Notes under the pieces: model-generated
The model's input: the letters and a program-made list of their open reading frames with translations, nothing else
Told to the model about the DNA's origin: nothing
Databases searched by the model: none
In this document: in pieces, positions 1 through 10,602 of the stretch
Position numbering within the stretch: position 1 is the first letter of the stretch
Layout of the letters: each line of letters opens with the position of its first letter
Translations under genes and position numbers: made by a program
Sequence record: SRR2962707_674
Length of the DNA: 38,266 nucleotides
Reading direction: 5' to 3' (one strand)

Positions 1-13
1 TCAAAAAAAATAA

Positions 14-27
14 CGCAAACGGTTGCG
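14..27. promoter_or_regulatory. LacI-family operator (copy 1), CGCAAACGGTTGCG
   Basis: Near-perfect palindrome with central CG (one mismatch), matching the copies at 1141 and 21550. It lies downstream of the lacI-type gene, so it probably serves a gene left of the window. Confidence 0.7.
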
Positions 28-59
28 AAAGCCCTGATTTTTAAGAATTTGCAATCAAC

Positions 60-1082
60 CTATCGCTTTTTGGAGGATTCACGTGCAATTAGGTTGGTAG
101 GAAGCTTCACAGCTTCGAATGGTACATCTTCCTCTCCCCCATCGATCTGCCTCAGTAATAATTCCGCTGCGTGCTGACCCATTTCAAACCCGGGTTGCTC
201 AATAGTGGTTATCGATGGGTTTGTGAGGGCTGTAAACTGCCAGTTGCTAAATCCAACAACCCCAAAATCCATGGGTACGTTCTTACCATATTTTTGAGCT
301 GCCTTGATCGCTCCCATGGCAGCCAGGTCATTAGAAGCAAACAACCCATCGGGGTTTTTGGATTTCAATAATTCAAAGATTGCTGCATAGGCGTCACTTT
401 CGTTTGATGCCTGATTATAAATGATCAGGTCTTCATCGATGGTGATCCCGGCTTCTTCATGAGCCTTCCTGTATCCTTCCAATCGATCGTTGGTGATGTC
501 TAGTCCGGATGGACCTGCCAAATGGGCAATCTTCTTGTAACCTTGCTGGATCAAATGATGAGTTGCCTGATAACCACCCAGAAAATCATCAACCGTCACC
601 TTACTACTCTCAAGATCTTCCGCCACCCGATCAAAAAATACAATCGGAAGACCTTTCTGCATCATGGCTTCAAAATGCGAATGATCATAAGATTCTTTGG
701 AAAGCGAGACAACCACACCATCAACCCTGTTATTGAAAAGCGTTTGAATGTTCATCACTTCACGCTCAAGCGACTCATTGGATTGTGTAATGATGACATT
801 GTATCCCTTGCTCTGAGCAATGTCTTCAATTCCACTAATAACCGTGGAGAAAAAGAAGTGAACAATCTCCGGAACTATGACCCCAATTGTATTGGATTTG
901 CTATACCTCAGACTAAGCGCTAAAGAGTTCGGTTGGTAGTTCAATTCTTTAGCAACACGCTTAACGGCATCTTTAGTCTCCTGACTGATTTCAAAATGAT
1001 CCTTCAAAGCACGCGAAACCGTTGATGGTGATATACCTAGTTCTCTGGCTATATCCTTGATGGTAGTTGTTTGCCTTTTCAT
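60..1082 (-). CDS. LacI-family transcriptional regulator (MalR-like, starch/maltose PUL)
   Basis: N-terminal HTH TIKDIARELGISPSTVSRAL, hinge YQPNSLALSL and a sugar-binding domain ending LIARESS. Divergent from susC. Confidence 0.95.
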   Translation of the reverse strand: MKRQTTTIKDIARELGISPSTVSRALKDHFEISQETKDAVKRVAKELNYQPNSLALSLRYSKSNTIGVIVPEIVHFFFSTVISGIEDIAQSKGYNVIITQSNESLEREVMNIQTLFNNRVDGVVVSLSKESYDHSHFEAMMQKGLPIVFFDRVAEDLESSKVTVDDFLGGYQATHHLIQQGYKKIAHLAGPSGLDITNDRLEGYRKAHEEAGITIDEDLIIYNQASNESDAYAAIFELLKSKNPDGLFASNDLAAMGAIKAAQKYGKNVPMDFGVVGFSNWQFTALTNPSITTIEQPGFEMGQHAAELLLRQIDGGEEDVPFEAVKLPTNLIARESSKKR

Positions 1083-1105
1083 GGAAGAAATATAAAGAAA
1101 TGAGC

Positions 1106-1113
1106 CAAATCTA
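1106..1113 (-). promoter_or_regulatory. Bacteroidota -7 promoter element TAGATTTG for the LacI gene
   Basis: Exact TAnnTTTG match on the minus strand about 24 nt upstream of the ATG. Confidence 0.55.
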
Positions 1114-1140
1114 CTCTCAGGCTTTTATAAAAGTCTGAAA

Positions 1141-1154
1141 CGCAAACGTTTGCA
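1141..1154. promoter_or_regulatory. LacI-family operator (copy 2), cGCAAACGTTTGCa
   Basis: Perfect 12-bp palindrome GCAAACGTTTGC (1142-1153) in the lacI/susC divergent intergenic region. Confidence 0.85.
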
Positions 1155-1294
1155 GAAAAAAAAGTCCGCAAAAACTCGTGAAAAGTGTTGCTAAGAATTT
1201 TTGAATTCATAAAATTCGGTAACACGGACATTGAAAGAACCTATTTTTTCAAGCTGTGAACAGAGAAATAATTATTCAAATAACCTAAGTAAAT

Positions 1295-4200
1295 ATGGAT
1301 CTAAATTACCTTAAAAAGGGTATGCTTTTTAAGCCAAAAAACTGGCTTAAAAAGATGATGAATTTTACGTTCATTACAGCAATTCTGATAACCACAATTG
1401 CTAGTGCCCAAGCGCAAAACAGAACGGTCTCCGGGAAGGTCGTTGACACCAACGGTGAAGGTATCGTTGGAGTTAACATCGTCATTAAAGGGACACTCAA
1501 TGGAACGACTACTGATCTTGAGGGTATGTATACTCTATCAGTTAGTGATGATGCAGTTTTAATTTTCAGATCAATTGGATTTAAGACGCAAGAAATAACT
1601 GTAGGCACACAAACAACCATAGATATAACCTTGGATGAGGATTATGGTGAGCTGGATGAAGTGGTTGTAATCGGATATGGTACTCAGGAAGCTAAAGATG
1701 TTACTGGCTCTGTTGCCCGTATTACAGAAGCTGATCTGGTACAGGGTCCGATAGGAAACCCTTTACAGCAGATAGCTGGTAAAGCTGCTGGTGTAAATAT
1801 TAATCAGGTGGGTAGTGAGCCAGGACAATCTCCAAATATTCGTATTAGAGGTATCACTTCCCTAAGTGGAGGTAATGATCCGCTGGTGGTTGTTGATGGA
1901 ATTCAAGGCGGTTTGGATCTATTGAATCAGGTACCTCCTAGTGAAATTGCTTCCTTCGAAATACTGAAAGATGCATCTGCAACTGCAGTTTATGGTTCCA
2001 GAGGTGCAGCAGGTGTGGTTCTCATAACTACAAAAAAAGGTATCCCAGGTGTTACTTCAATCGAGTACGCAGGGGTATACTCTACAGATGTTATTCCTGA
2101 TACGTACAATATTCTCAACCCTACTGAATGGAGAAGTTTACTCTCATCAAGAGGACAATTGAGCGAGGCGATTGATTTTGGTGGCAACACTGACTGGGTT
2201 GATGAAATTACGCAGAATGGTTACACACAAAACCACACGATTGCCATCTCAGGAGGTAATAAAGATTTCAATTACAGAACTTCTATTTCGGCTATTTTGC
2301 AAGATGGTATCATCAGAAACTCAAAATCTGAGAACTATATTGCCAGATACCAGGGTAGCCAAAAGTTATTTGAAGACAAAGCAAAATTTGACTTCAATCT
2401 GAATGTTGGCATCAAGCAAAACAACTTCAACAACGAAGGAGCTATTGCGGCAGCCATATTTAGAAGACCAACTGATCCGATTTATACTGATAATCCAATT
2501 TCTAGAGATGTTGGAAATTATTTCATTGATCCAAATTCTTTCGGATATACAAACCCTGTTGCGTTTACCGATGAGGTATACGATAAGGATAAAACCAACA
2601 GTTTATTTGTAAGTGCACGATTTGAGTATGAAGTTATTGAAGGATTAAAACCTTTTGCCTTCGGATCATGGAGAAGAGAAGCGCGTTCATATGAGGCGTA
2701 TGTTTCCGCAAGAACTACACTTGATTTTGCACGAAATATTGATAACAGAGAGGATCCGGAAACACAAACCCTACCTCCTGATATCGATGATTTACCTGAT
2801 GGTGTTGCTTACAAAGAATACAACTACGATGATGAAAAAATCTTCAACGTTGGATTCAATTACGATAGGACTTTTGGAGCTCACAAAGTTTCATTCCTTG
2901 GACTTCATGAGTATCAAATACAATCCTATGATGGCGGTAGCAGTGCAGCTAGAGGGTTTATAGTTGACACTGAAGCAAATATTGGAGCGATGCAATCAGC
3001 TGATCCTAATACCGCACTTCCGGGTGATGTTAGTTCCTATGTGAATTCCAGAAAGCTTGCTTCATTCCTTGGAAGAGTAAACTACGGATACCAGGACAAA
3101 TATTTACTAACACTTAGCTATAGACGAGATGGTTCTTCTGTTTTCGGTGCCAATAACGCCTGGGGGGATTTCTATTCAGGATCATTGGCATGGAGAATTT
3201 CTGATGAGTCTTTCATAAGTAGTGTGGATTTGATTTCTAACATGAAACTTAGAGTTGGATACGGACAAACGGGTAACCAACAAGGTTTAGATCCTTATCA
3301 AACACTTAGACTAGTTCAACCTGCGGGAACTGCCTTTTTTAAAGGACAGGTAATCTCAAACTTCGCGGTAAGTCAAAATGATAACCCGGATTTGAAGTGG
3401 GAAGTGAAAAAACAATTCAACGTTGGATTAGACTTTGGACTGTTTAATAACAGATTGACTGGTACAATGGAATACTTCTATGGACTGACAAGTGACTTAT
3501 TGTTCAATTACGGGGTTCCAGTACCTCCATTCTTGGTTAATAGAATTAGAGCAAACGTTGGTGAAGCATTAAATGAAGGAGTTGAATTCTCCCTTAGATA
3601 TGTTGTGATGGATCGAGGTGACTGGTATGTAGAGCTTGGTGGTAATGCTACCAGCATAAAAACAACGGTTAAAGATCTAAATGGACAATTGGGTGACACC
3701 CCACTAAATACAGATTATGAAGTTTGGGGAACTGGTGGTACCACTGGTGTTGGAAACACAAACAATGCAATAAATCACCTAATTATCGGTCAGCCGCTAG
3801 GTGCTTTTTATGTATTCAAGCATGCAGGTGTAACCGCAGATGGAACTCAATTATTTGACGATCTGAATGGAGACGGAGTTGTAACCAATGGTAACAACGA
3901 AAACCCTGACAGATACATCGCTGGTCAGCCACTTCCTAAAGTTCAGTGGGCTTTTACACCTTATGTGAAGTACAAAAATTTTGATTTGACATTGCTCGTA
4001 AGAGGAGCTCATGGTCACAAAATTTACAATGCAAGAGCAGCAAGCTTAAGCTCTCTGGGTAATGTTGCCCAATCAAACGTACTTGCGAGTGCTGAATCTC
4101 TAGGATTAGAGTTTATCGAAAGAGCTTCTGATTTGTTTTTGGAAGATGGAGGTTATGTGAGAATGGATAACATGACCATTGGCTATAATTTCAAACAGAT

Positions 4201-4378
4201 TTCAAACTTTGTTAAGAGTCTGAGGGTTTCATTTACAGCGAACAATTTGTTTGTAATTACTGATTACACTGGACTTGATCCTGAAATTAGTCAAGATGGT
4301 GGAGCAGGCTTTGGTATAGACGGTGGTATCTACCCTCGTGTTAAAAGCTTCGCAATTGGTTTAAATGCTAAATTTTAA
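1295..4378 (+). CDS. susC: SusC/RagA-family TonB-dependent outer membrane transporter
   Basis: N-terminal carboxypeptidase-regulatory-like domain, DEVVVIGYGT, plug motif LKDASATAVYGSRGAAGVVLITTKKG, NPDLKWE and a C-terminal Phe. Directly followed by susD. Confidence 0.97.
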   Translation: MDLNYLKKGMLFKPKNWLKKMMNFTFITAILITTIASAQAQNRTVSGKVVDTNGEGIVGVNIVIKGTLNGTTTDLEGMYTLSVSDDAVLIFRSIGFKTQEITVGTQTTIDITLDEDYGELDEVVVIGYGTQEAKDVTGSVARITEADLVQGPIGNPLQQIAGKAAGVNINQVGSEPGQSPNIRIRGITSLSGGNDPLVVVDGIQGGLDLLNQVPPSEIASFEILKDASATAVYGSRGAAGVVLITTKKGIPGVTSIEYAGVYSTDVIPDTYNILNPTEWRSLLSSRGQLSEAIDFGGNTDWVDEITQNGYTQNHTIAISGGNKDFNYRTSISAILQDGIIRNSKSENYIARYQGSQKLFEDKAKFDFNLNVGIKQNNFNNEGAIAAAIFRRPTDPIYTDNPISRDVGNYFIDPNSFGYTNPVAFTDEVYDKDKTNSLFVSARFEYEVIEGLKPFAFGSWRREARSYEAYVSARTTLDFARNIDNREDPETQTLPPDIDDLPDGVAYKEYNYDDEKIFNVGFNYDRTFGAHKVSFLGLHEYQIQSYDGGSSAARGFIVDTEANIGAMQSADPNTALPGDVSSYVNSRKLASFLGRVNYGYQDKYLLTLSYRRDGSSVFGANNAWGDFYSGSLAWRISDESFISSVDLISNMKLRVGYGQTGNQQGLDPYQTLRLVQPAGTAFFKGQVISNFAVSQNDNPDLKWEVKKQFNVGLDFGLFNNRLTGTMEYFYGLTSDLLFNYGVPVPPFLVNRIRANVGEALNEGVEFSLRYVVMDRGDWYVELGGNATSIKTTVKDLNGQLGDTPLNTDYEVWGTGGTTGVGNTNNAINHLIIGQPLGAFYVFKHAGVTADGTQLFDDLNGDGVVTNGNNENPDRYIAGQPLPKVQWAFTPYVKYKNFDLTLLVRGAHGHKIYNARAASLSSLGNVAQSNVLASAESLGLEFIERASDLFLEDGGYVRMDNMTIGYNFKQISNFVKSLRVSFTANNLFVITDYTGLDPEISQDGGAGFGIDGGIYPRVKSFAIGLNAKF

Positions 4379-4383
4379 TTAAG

Positions 4384-5898
4384 ATGAAAAATACAGCAAT
4401 ATATAAGATGTTGATTTTCGTTGGTGTAGTGATGTTTTCCTGCACTGACCTGGAAGAAGAAGTAGTAGGTCCAAGAGTAGCTGATGATTTCTATGCCACA
4501 GATGCGGGAGCAAATGCTGCCCTCGCTGACATTTACGCTGAAATCAGAGCGAATTACAATGGAAACGGAATTGCAGGCGGTGATAGAGGGTGGTTTGACC
4601 TTCAGGAATCTTGCACAGATGAAATGATTATCCCTACCCGATCTGATGGGGCATGGGCTGACAATGGCATCTGGATTCAGATGTATACCCACACCTGGGA
4701 TGGAAGTCAGGAGTTCATGAACAACACCTGGCAGTGGACATTCAGAGCCATCAACAAAGCCAATTTTGCGGTTGAAGCTCTGGAAGCGGTAGATGCGGAT
4801 GAAGCTTTCATTGCTGAAGCGCGTGTATTGAGAGCATTATTCTACTACATGACAATTGACTTGTGGGGAGATGTTCCATTCTTCACCTCGACTACTACAG
4901 CTGTAGAGGATGCACCTCAAACAGCAAGAGCCGAAATCTTCAACTTCGTGGTATCAGAAATCACTGACAATCTCGAATCTCTGTCTGAAGAAAAAGGTGG
5001 TGAATACTATGGTCGTATGACCAAGTGGGCTGCTCTTACGGTTCTATTGAAGGTTTACATGAATGGTGAAATATACACCGGCACTAGTTACTGGACCGAA
5101 GCTATTGAAGTAGCGGATCAGATCATTGATGAAGGAGGATTCATGCTTCAGCAGGATCTATATGATAATTTGATTACTGTAAATGGAGATGGTGACCAGC
5201 TGGTGACTCCAGTATTTGGAGATCAGCTAAATAGCAATGAAGTCATACTGGCTATCTTCGTTAGTGATGTGGCACCATTAAATATTATCGGGACAAGAAG
5301 TTTATATGGACCTCACACCAATGCCATTTTAGGCTATAATGCTTGGAATGGAGCCTGTGTTCTGGATGCCTTTGTAAACTCCTACGATGACACTGACAAA
5401 AGAAAAGATCAGTGGCTTTTGGGTGACTTCCCAGGCAATGTTACGTATACTGCGAGCATTGCTTCACTTACCAATGCAGGTCTTACTGAAGGCGCTAGAA
5501 GTGGTAAATACTTCCCGCTTGGTCCTATTGGTGGTAACGGAGAGCATAACAATGACTTCCCTGTTTTCCGCTATGCTGATGTATTGCTAATGAAAGCAGA
5601 AGCTGTATTGAGAAGTGGAGGAGCAGAGTCGACTGCCAGAGATTTGGTTGATGAAGTGAGAAACAGAGCCGGACTTGGAGATTTCCCTGGAACAATGACA
5701 CTAGATGAAATCCTTGCTGAGAGAGGAAGAGAATTGTGCTGGGAAGGACACAGAAGACAAGACTTGATTCGTTTTGGGAAGTTTACCGGAACATGGCAGT
5801 TTAAGCCTGCAAGTCAGAGCTTCAGAACGCTGTTCCCTATCCCAACAGATGAAATCAATAAAAACAGCACACTTACACAAAACCCTGGTTATAACTAA
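4384..5898 (+). CDS. susD: SusD/RagB-family glycan-binding lipoprotein
   Basis: Lipobox MFSC, EARVLRALFYY, FRYADVLLMKAEA, ERGRELCWEGHRRQDLIRFG and terminal QNPGY. Confidence 0.97.
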   Translation: MKNTAIYKMLIFVGVVMFSCTDLEEEVVGPRVADDFYATDAGANAALADIYAEIRANYNGNGIAGGDRGWFDLQESCTDEMIIPTRSDGAWADNGIWIQMYTHTWDGSQEFMNNTWQWTFRAINKANFAVEALEAVDADEAFIAEARVLRALFYYMTIDLWGDVPFFTSTTTAVEDAPQTARAEIFNFVVSEITDNLESLSEEKGGEYYGRMTKWAALTVLLKVYMNGEIYTGTSYWTEAIEVADQIIDEGGFMLQQDLYDNLITVNGDGDQLVTPVFGDQLNSNEVILAIFVSDVAPLNIIGTRSLYGPHTNAILGYNAWNGACVLDAFVNSYDDTDKRKDQWLLGDFPGNVTYTASIASLTNAGLTEGARSGKYFPLGPIGGNGEHNNDFPVFRYADVLLMKAEAVLRSGGAESTARDLVDEVRNRAGLGDFPGTMTLDEILAERGRELCWEGHRRQDLIRFGKFTGTWQFKPASQSFRTLFPIPTDEINKNSTLTQNPGYN

Positions 5899-5910
5899 AA
5901 ACAGAAAATC

Positions 5911-7329
5911 ATGAAACTTATTAAAAGTATATTATTCTCCGTTCTCGCTGTTTTTGCTATAACAGCGTGTAACGATGATGATGTCAGCTTTTCGTTTGAA
6001 GAACTAAGAAATGAAGAGTTTGACCTGGCAGTAGTATCTGATGCCGAGCCGTATGTGAATGCAGCATTCTCAGTGACTGGGAATCTCAAGAGCATTACTG
6101 CAAGCATTACACAAGATGGCGGAACTGAGCCTGTGGGAACTGAAACGATTTCCAATTTCACTGGAAATTCTTTTAACAGAATTAATATTTCCATTCCTTT
6201 TCCAACACCAAATATTGCCCCTAGTGATTTGTATACAATAAATTATACGATCACAACTGATAGTGGTGAGGAAAGTGGTGGATCATATCAGGTAAATGTT
6301 ATCAACAACAGACCTCCTGCTTTTTGTCCTGTAACCGAGTCACTTCCTACAGGAACAAATACTTGGATCAGACTGTATATTCCTACTGCTTCACAACTCC
6401 CTGACGGTGAGACAATCTATGCAACAGGATCGTTCGAAGGATGGTCAGGAGGAGGTAATGCTGATTACGCATTCGACAAGGTAAGTGAGACCTGCTACCA
6501 GCTTGCAGTGCAGCTTCCGTCTGACGCTGAAGTTAAATTCACGCGAGGTGGCTGGTCGTCTGAAGCACAGAACTATAGTAAGAGCAATTTCAGCAACCTA
6601 CAGACAGCTGGTAGATCTTCTATTGAGGTTTCCATTTTCGATTGGGGTGATACTGATTTGGATTTAACCGGCATTGATCCCCCATCTACTGGTAATGAAA
6701 TTCCAACAAGTGCCATTGCTCCAGGAATGCTTACCATCACAGCAGCTATCAGTGGCTATGATGTAGAGGATGGAATGTACTATGTAGTGATGGATGGAGA
6801 GACCGACCTTGAAAACAACGGCTACCTGATGACAGCTTATGAGAATGAAAATAAGTTAGCTGTTGCCGTGCCTAAGAATGATGCAGTAAGCTACATTGTG
6901 GTTAAAGATGATTTAACTTCTGTTGGTACTGATAATATTGGAAGACCTCAATCTGCGTCTTGGGATGGAGCGACCAACCCAGTTAATGTTACCATTACCA
7001 GCTTTGATGGTGGTTTGCAAACACTTTATATGACTGGATCAGCAACGGATGGCTGGGCTGGCGGAGCTGATTTTCCACTTAGCGCCACTGAGCCTGGTAT
7101 TTATGTTGGAACTTTCAATGTGAACGGAGACTCTGAGTTCTTGATCCTTCCTGGCCCAAGTGATTGGGATAATAAATGGGGATTCGGTGGAACAGGAGAC
7201 GCCTCTGCAGGCACATTGCTTCAATCAGGTAGTGCTCCTAACGTAAGCACTGCAGGATTAGTAAGTGGAACTTATACAGTTACAGTTGATTTAACTGTTG
7301 ATCCTCCGACCTATACGATAGCTCAATAA
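5911..7329 (+). CDS. SusE/SusF-like surface glycan-binding lipoprotein
   Basis: Lipobox ITAC followed by acidic NDDD. Beta-rich modules with Trp motifs IYATGSFEGWS, KFTRGGWS and LYMTGSATDGW...SDWDNKWG. Positioned after susD. Confidence 0.75.
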   Translation: MKLIKSILFSVLAVFAITACNDDDVSFSFEELRNEEFDLAVVSDAEPYVNAAFSVTGNLKSITASITQDGGTEPVGTETISNFTGNSFNRINISIPFPTPNIAPSDLYTINYTITTDSGEESGGSYQVNVINNRPPAFCPVTESLPTGTNTWIRLYIPTASQLPDGETIYATGSFEGWSGGGNADYAFDKVSETCYQLAVQLPSDAEVKFTRGGWSSEAQNYSKSNFSNLQTAGRSSIEVSIFDWGDTDLDLTGIDPPSTGNEIPTSAIAPGMLTITAAISGYDVEDGMYYVVMDGETDLENNGYLMTAYENENKLAVAVPKNDAVSYIVVKDDLTSVGTDNIGRPQSASWDGATNPVNVTITSFDGGLQTLYMTGSATDGWAGGADFPLSATEPGIYVGTFNVNGDSEFLILPGPSDWDNKWGFGGTGDASAGTLLQSGSAPNVSTAGLVSGTYTVTVDLTVDPPTYTIAQ

Positions 7330-7348
7330 TCGTTCATTCAATACATAA

Positions 7349-7378
7349 AAAAAGGAGCCACAATTGTGGCTCCTTTTT
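7349..7378. terminator. Rho-independent terminator/attenuator after the susCD-susE-like genes
   Basis: Perfect 30-bp palindrome AAAAAGGAGCCACAATTGTGGCTCCTTTTT. Confidence 0.85.
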
Positions 7379-7398
7379 AGTCTTTACTCACTCTCACT

Positions 7399-10300
7399 AT
7401 GAAAAAATCCATCTTCCTACTGTACTTCATATTCACAAGTTTTATAGGTCTTACTCAAGTCACATCAGATCCATACTTTTTTACAATTGATGATGAGATT
7501 ACCATAACATTTGATGCTTCCAAAGCAGAAGACACCCGAGCTGCCGATTTAATAGGATTAACCGAAGGCATTTACCTATGGTCCGGTGCAGGTACAGAAA
7601 GTGATGCCTTTGATTTCCAGCCAGCCGGACAAACCAATTTCAATCAGGCTTTTGAGCCTGGAACCATGACATTTTTAGGTAATGATCAATGGTCAATTAC
7701 CCTCACTCCAAAAACATATTTCGACATTCCTGATGGCGAGACCATCACACGACTAGGTCTTGTATTTAAAAATGCCGATGGGTCTGCTCAAACCGAAAAC
7801 TTCTATCTGGAAGTAATTCAGTCAGGTGAATTCAAAATAGCTCTCAGTCAACCGAATATCCCAGCCATATTCGATCAGAATGAATCATTCGACATTGAGG
7901 TTTTCGCATCCATAAGTTCAGACATTTCGATCTCTATTGACGATGTGGTTGTAGCCTCTAATACTGGAGTTACTACTTTATCCTATAATGAAATGGCCTC
8001 CGTCTCCGGAGATCATGCGGTAGTTATCTCGGCAACATCAGGAAGTGAATCAGATCAGATTGAATTTTCCTACCTTGTTCGTCAGGCCACAGTAGAGGAA
8101 GCACGACCTTCAGGCATCATTCGAGGCATCAACTACGACCCTCTCGATGATACAAAAGCTACTTTGTGCCTCCAGGCACCAAATAAGAGCAGTGTTTACA
8201 TTATTGGTGATTTTAATGACTGGTCCATTCGTGCCGACTATCAAATGAAGAAAGATGGTGAGTTGTTTTGGTTTGAAATAACCGGACTTACACCAGGAAC
8301 AGAATATGCCTTTCAATACCTGGTAGATGAATCCATCTTCATTGCTGACCCCTACTCCGATAAGATTCTTAACGATTTGGACCAATACATTCCTGAAAAT
8401 ATTTATCCGAATATTAAAGAATACCCAACAGAAGCAATCAATCCTATTGGGTATTACAATACCGTCTCCGTACTTGAGACCGGCCAAGCAGAATATCAGT
8501 GGACTGTCAATGATTTTGAGAAGCCAGCAAAAGAGAAACTCATTATTTATGAATTGCTGGTTCGCGATTTCTTTGATAATGGCGAAGAGTCCTATCAAAA
8601 CCTTATTGATACTCTTAGCTATATTGAAAGTCTTGGTGTGAATGCCATTGAACTAATGCCTATCACAGAATTCAGCGGAAACGATAGTTGGGGATACAAT
8701 CCCAATTTCATGTTTGCTCCTGACAAAGCCTATGGCACCAAAAATGATTTAAAAGAATTCATAGACAAAGCACATGAAAAAGGGATCGCTGTGATCCTTG
8801 ATATGGTATTGAATCAGCAAGAGCAGCCCTCTCCTCTTGTCCTTTTGGATTTTGATAAGTCCACTTCCAAGGTCACAGCTGAAAACCCCTACTTCAACAT
8901 CGATGCTACCCACCCATTCAATGTTTTCTACGACATGAATCATGAAAGTAGCTACACCAGAAATTTTGTAGATACGGTGAATCATTATTGGGCAAATGAA
9001 TATCGATTTGATGGATACCGATTTGATTTGTCTAAGGGATTTACGCAAACACAATACGGAGAAGATGTGGGTGCCTGGTCTTCGTATGATGCAGGAAGGG
9101 TTGAGACCTTGAAACGAATGGCTGATGCTATTTGGGCACATTCGCCAGACGCATATGTGATTTTAGAACATTTTGCAGATAATGAGGAAGAAACGGAACT
9201 CGCAAATTATGGTATGATGCTATGGGGTAATATCCATGGTTCGTTTCTTCACAATGCAAATGGAGACATCCAAAACATCGATTGGATCTATCACGGAACA
9301 CGAGGATGGAATGATACCAATCTGGTTGGCTTCATGGAAAGCCATGATGAAGAACGTCTGATGATTGCTTCCATAGATGAGAACAATACCAATTTATCCG
9401 GGACATTTGGTGTGGCTGGTGCACTTGAGCGAATGAAACTCGCACATACTTTTATGCTTATGGTACCAGGGCCTAAGATGATTTGGCAGTTTGGAGAACT
9501 AGGCTATGATGTAAGCATCAATCAGAATGGCAGGGTCGGGCAAAAACCGAATCCATGGGATGATTCTGAGGATTTGAATTACTATCCGGATCTAAACAGA
9601 ACACGACTAAGGAAAACAGTGAGTGCGTTGAATTTTCTTAAAACTCAACATAGCATTTTCTCAGAGGGTAACTTCAGCTTTGTAAACCCATCCCAGGCTG
9701 TAAAACAACTCACTTTTGCGTCACCTTCTGAGACAGAAAATCCAACTTCATCCTCGGAGATGAGCGCTGTTGTAGTAGGGAATTTCTCAAAGGAACAAGT
9801 ACTAGGCAATGTGATTTTCCCAACATCCGGAACCTGGTACAACTATTTTGACCAGGGTGAAGCGGTTGTTCTGAGTGGTAGCTCTATAACAGAAACACTT
9901 CAGCCTGGAGAACTTAGAGTTTACACCAACTATCAGCTTCCAAATACCGACCTGGAGCTTTTAGAGTTTCTCACCCCTATTGCATCAGATAATTTGTCAG
10001 GAACTGAAACCACAGACGGTGTTGAGCTTACTTGGACGAATAATTCCATCATACTGAATGGCTCTAATGTTTACCGAAAGCAAGCAACTACAGATTGGGA
10101 ACTAATTGGCGAAACTGGCCAGTTTACCACCACATTTATTGATGATGAGGTAGAAAAAGAGAATACATATCAATATAGAATTGGCTCTTTCACTGAGGTG
10201 GGCGAATCATATTCCGGCGAGATAGAAGTGCAGGTAACCACATTTGAGCCTCTTGGTCTGGAAGATCCGTTGGAATTCATTTATCCAAATCCAACGAAAG

Positions 10301-10497
10301 ACTTAATCACTATCAAATCTGATAATGAACTTCTCTCCTACTCTATTTACGACCTATCTGGACAGAAATTATGGGATGGAGAGTTTCAGAATAGTAATTA
10401 TACACTCAATCTATCCAGCATTCCTGCTGGCACCATTTTCATTGAGGTGATGACAAGGAATGGCGATCGATTGATTGAAAAAGTAATCAAGAAATGA
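7399..10497 (+). CDS. GH13 alpha-amylase-family hydrolase with CBM48-like and FN3-like domains and a T9SS type A CTD
   Basis: Signal peptide; APNKSSVYIIGDFNDW; catalytic motifs GYRFDLSKG, ILEHF and ESHDEER; C-terminal IYPNPTKD...IEKVIKK. Confidence 0.92.
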   Translation: MKKSIFLLYFIFTSFIGLTQVTSDPYFFTIDDEITITFDASKAEDTRAADLIGLTEGIYLWSGAGTESDAFDFQPAGQTNFNQAFEPGTMTFLGNDQWSITLTPKTYFDIPDGETITRLGLVFKNADGSAQTENFYLEVIQSGEFKIALSQPNIPAIFDQNESFDIEVFASISSDISISIDDVVVASNTGVTTLSYNEMASVSGDHAVVISATSGSESDQIEFSYLVRQATVEEARPSGIIRGINYDPLDDTKATLCLQAPNKSSVYIIGDFNDWSIRADYQMKKDGELFWFEITGLTPGTEYAFQYLVDESIFIADPYSDKILNDLDQYIPENIYPNIKEYPTEAINPIGYYNTVSVLETGQAEYQWTVNDFEKPAKEKLIIYELLVRDFFDNGEESYQNLIDTLSYIESLGVNAIELMPITEFSGNDSWGYNPNFMFAPDKAYGTKNDLKEFIDKAHEKGIAVILDMVLNQQEQPSPLVLLDFDKSTSKVTAENPYFNIDATHPFNVFYDMNHESSYTRNFVDTVNHYWANEYRFDGYRFDLSKGFTQTQYGEDVGAWSSYDAGRVETLKRMADAIWAHSPDAYVILEHFADNEEETELANYGMMLWGNIHGSFLHNANGDIQNIDWIYHGTRGWNDTNLVGFMESHDEERLMIASIDENNTNLSGTFGVAGALERMKLAHTFMLMVPGPKMIWQFGELGYDVSINQNGRVGQKPNPWDDSEDLNYYPDLNRTRLRKTVSALNFLKTQHSIFSEGNFSFVNPSQAVKQLTFASPSETENPTSSSEMSAVVVGNFSKEQVLGNVIFPTSGTWYNYFDQGEAVVLSGSSITETLQPGELRVYTNYQLPNTDLELLEFLTPIASDNLSGTETTDGVELTWTNNSIILNGSNVYRKQATTDWELIGETGQFTTTFIDDEVEKENTYQYRIGSFTEVGESYSGEIEVQVTTFEPLGLEDPLEFIYPNPTKDLITIKSDNELLSYSIYDLSGQKLWDGEFQNSNYTLNLSSIPAGTIFIEVMTRNGDRLIEKVIKK

Positions 10498-10602
10498 TCA
10501 ACAACTTTTAGGTGAAAATTCGAAGGTGATCCACATGATGAGAATGCATGGAAAAATCGCCTTCACGTTCCATTAAACTTTGTATTAGCTAAATAAATCA
10601 AC

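Noticed and set aside
10523..10564. Imperfect hairpin GAAGGTGAT...ATCGCCTTC between two GH13 genes as a riboswitch or sRNA
   Set aside because: It is short, lacks a U-tract and has no recognisable aptamer motifs; at most an mRNA-stabilising stem.
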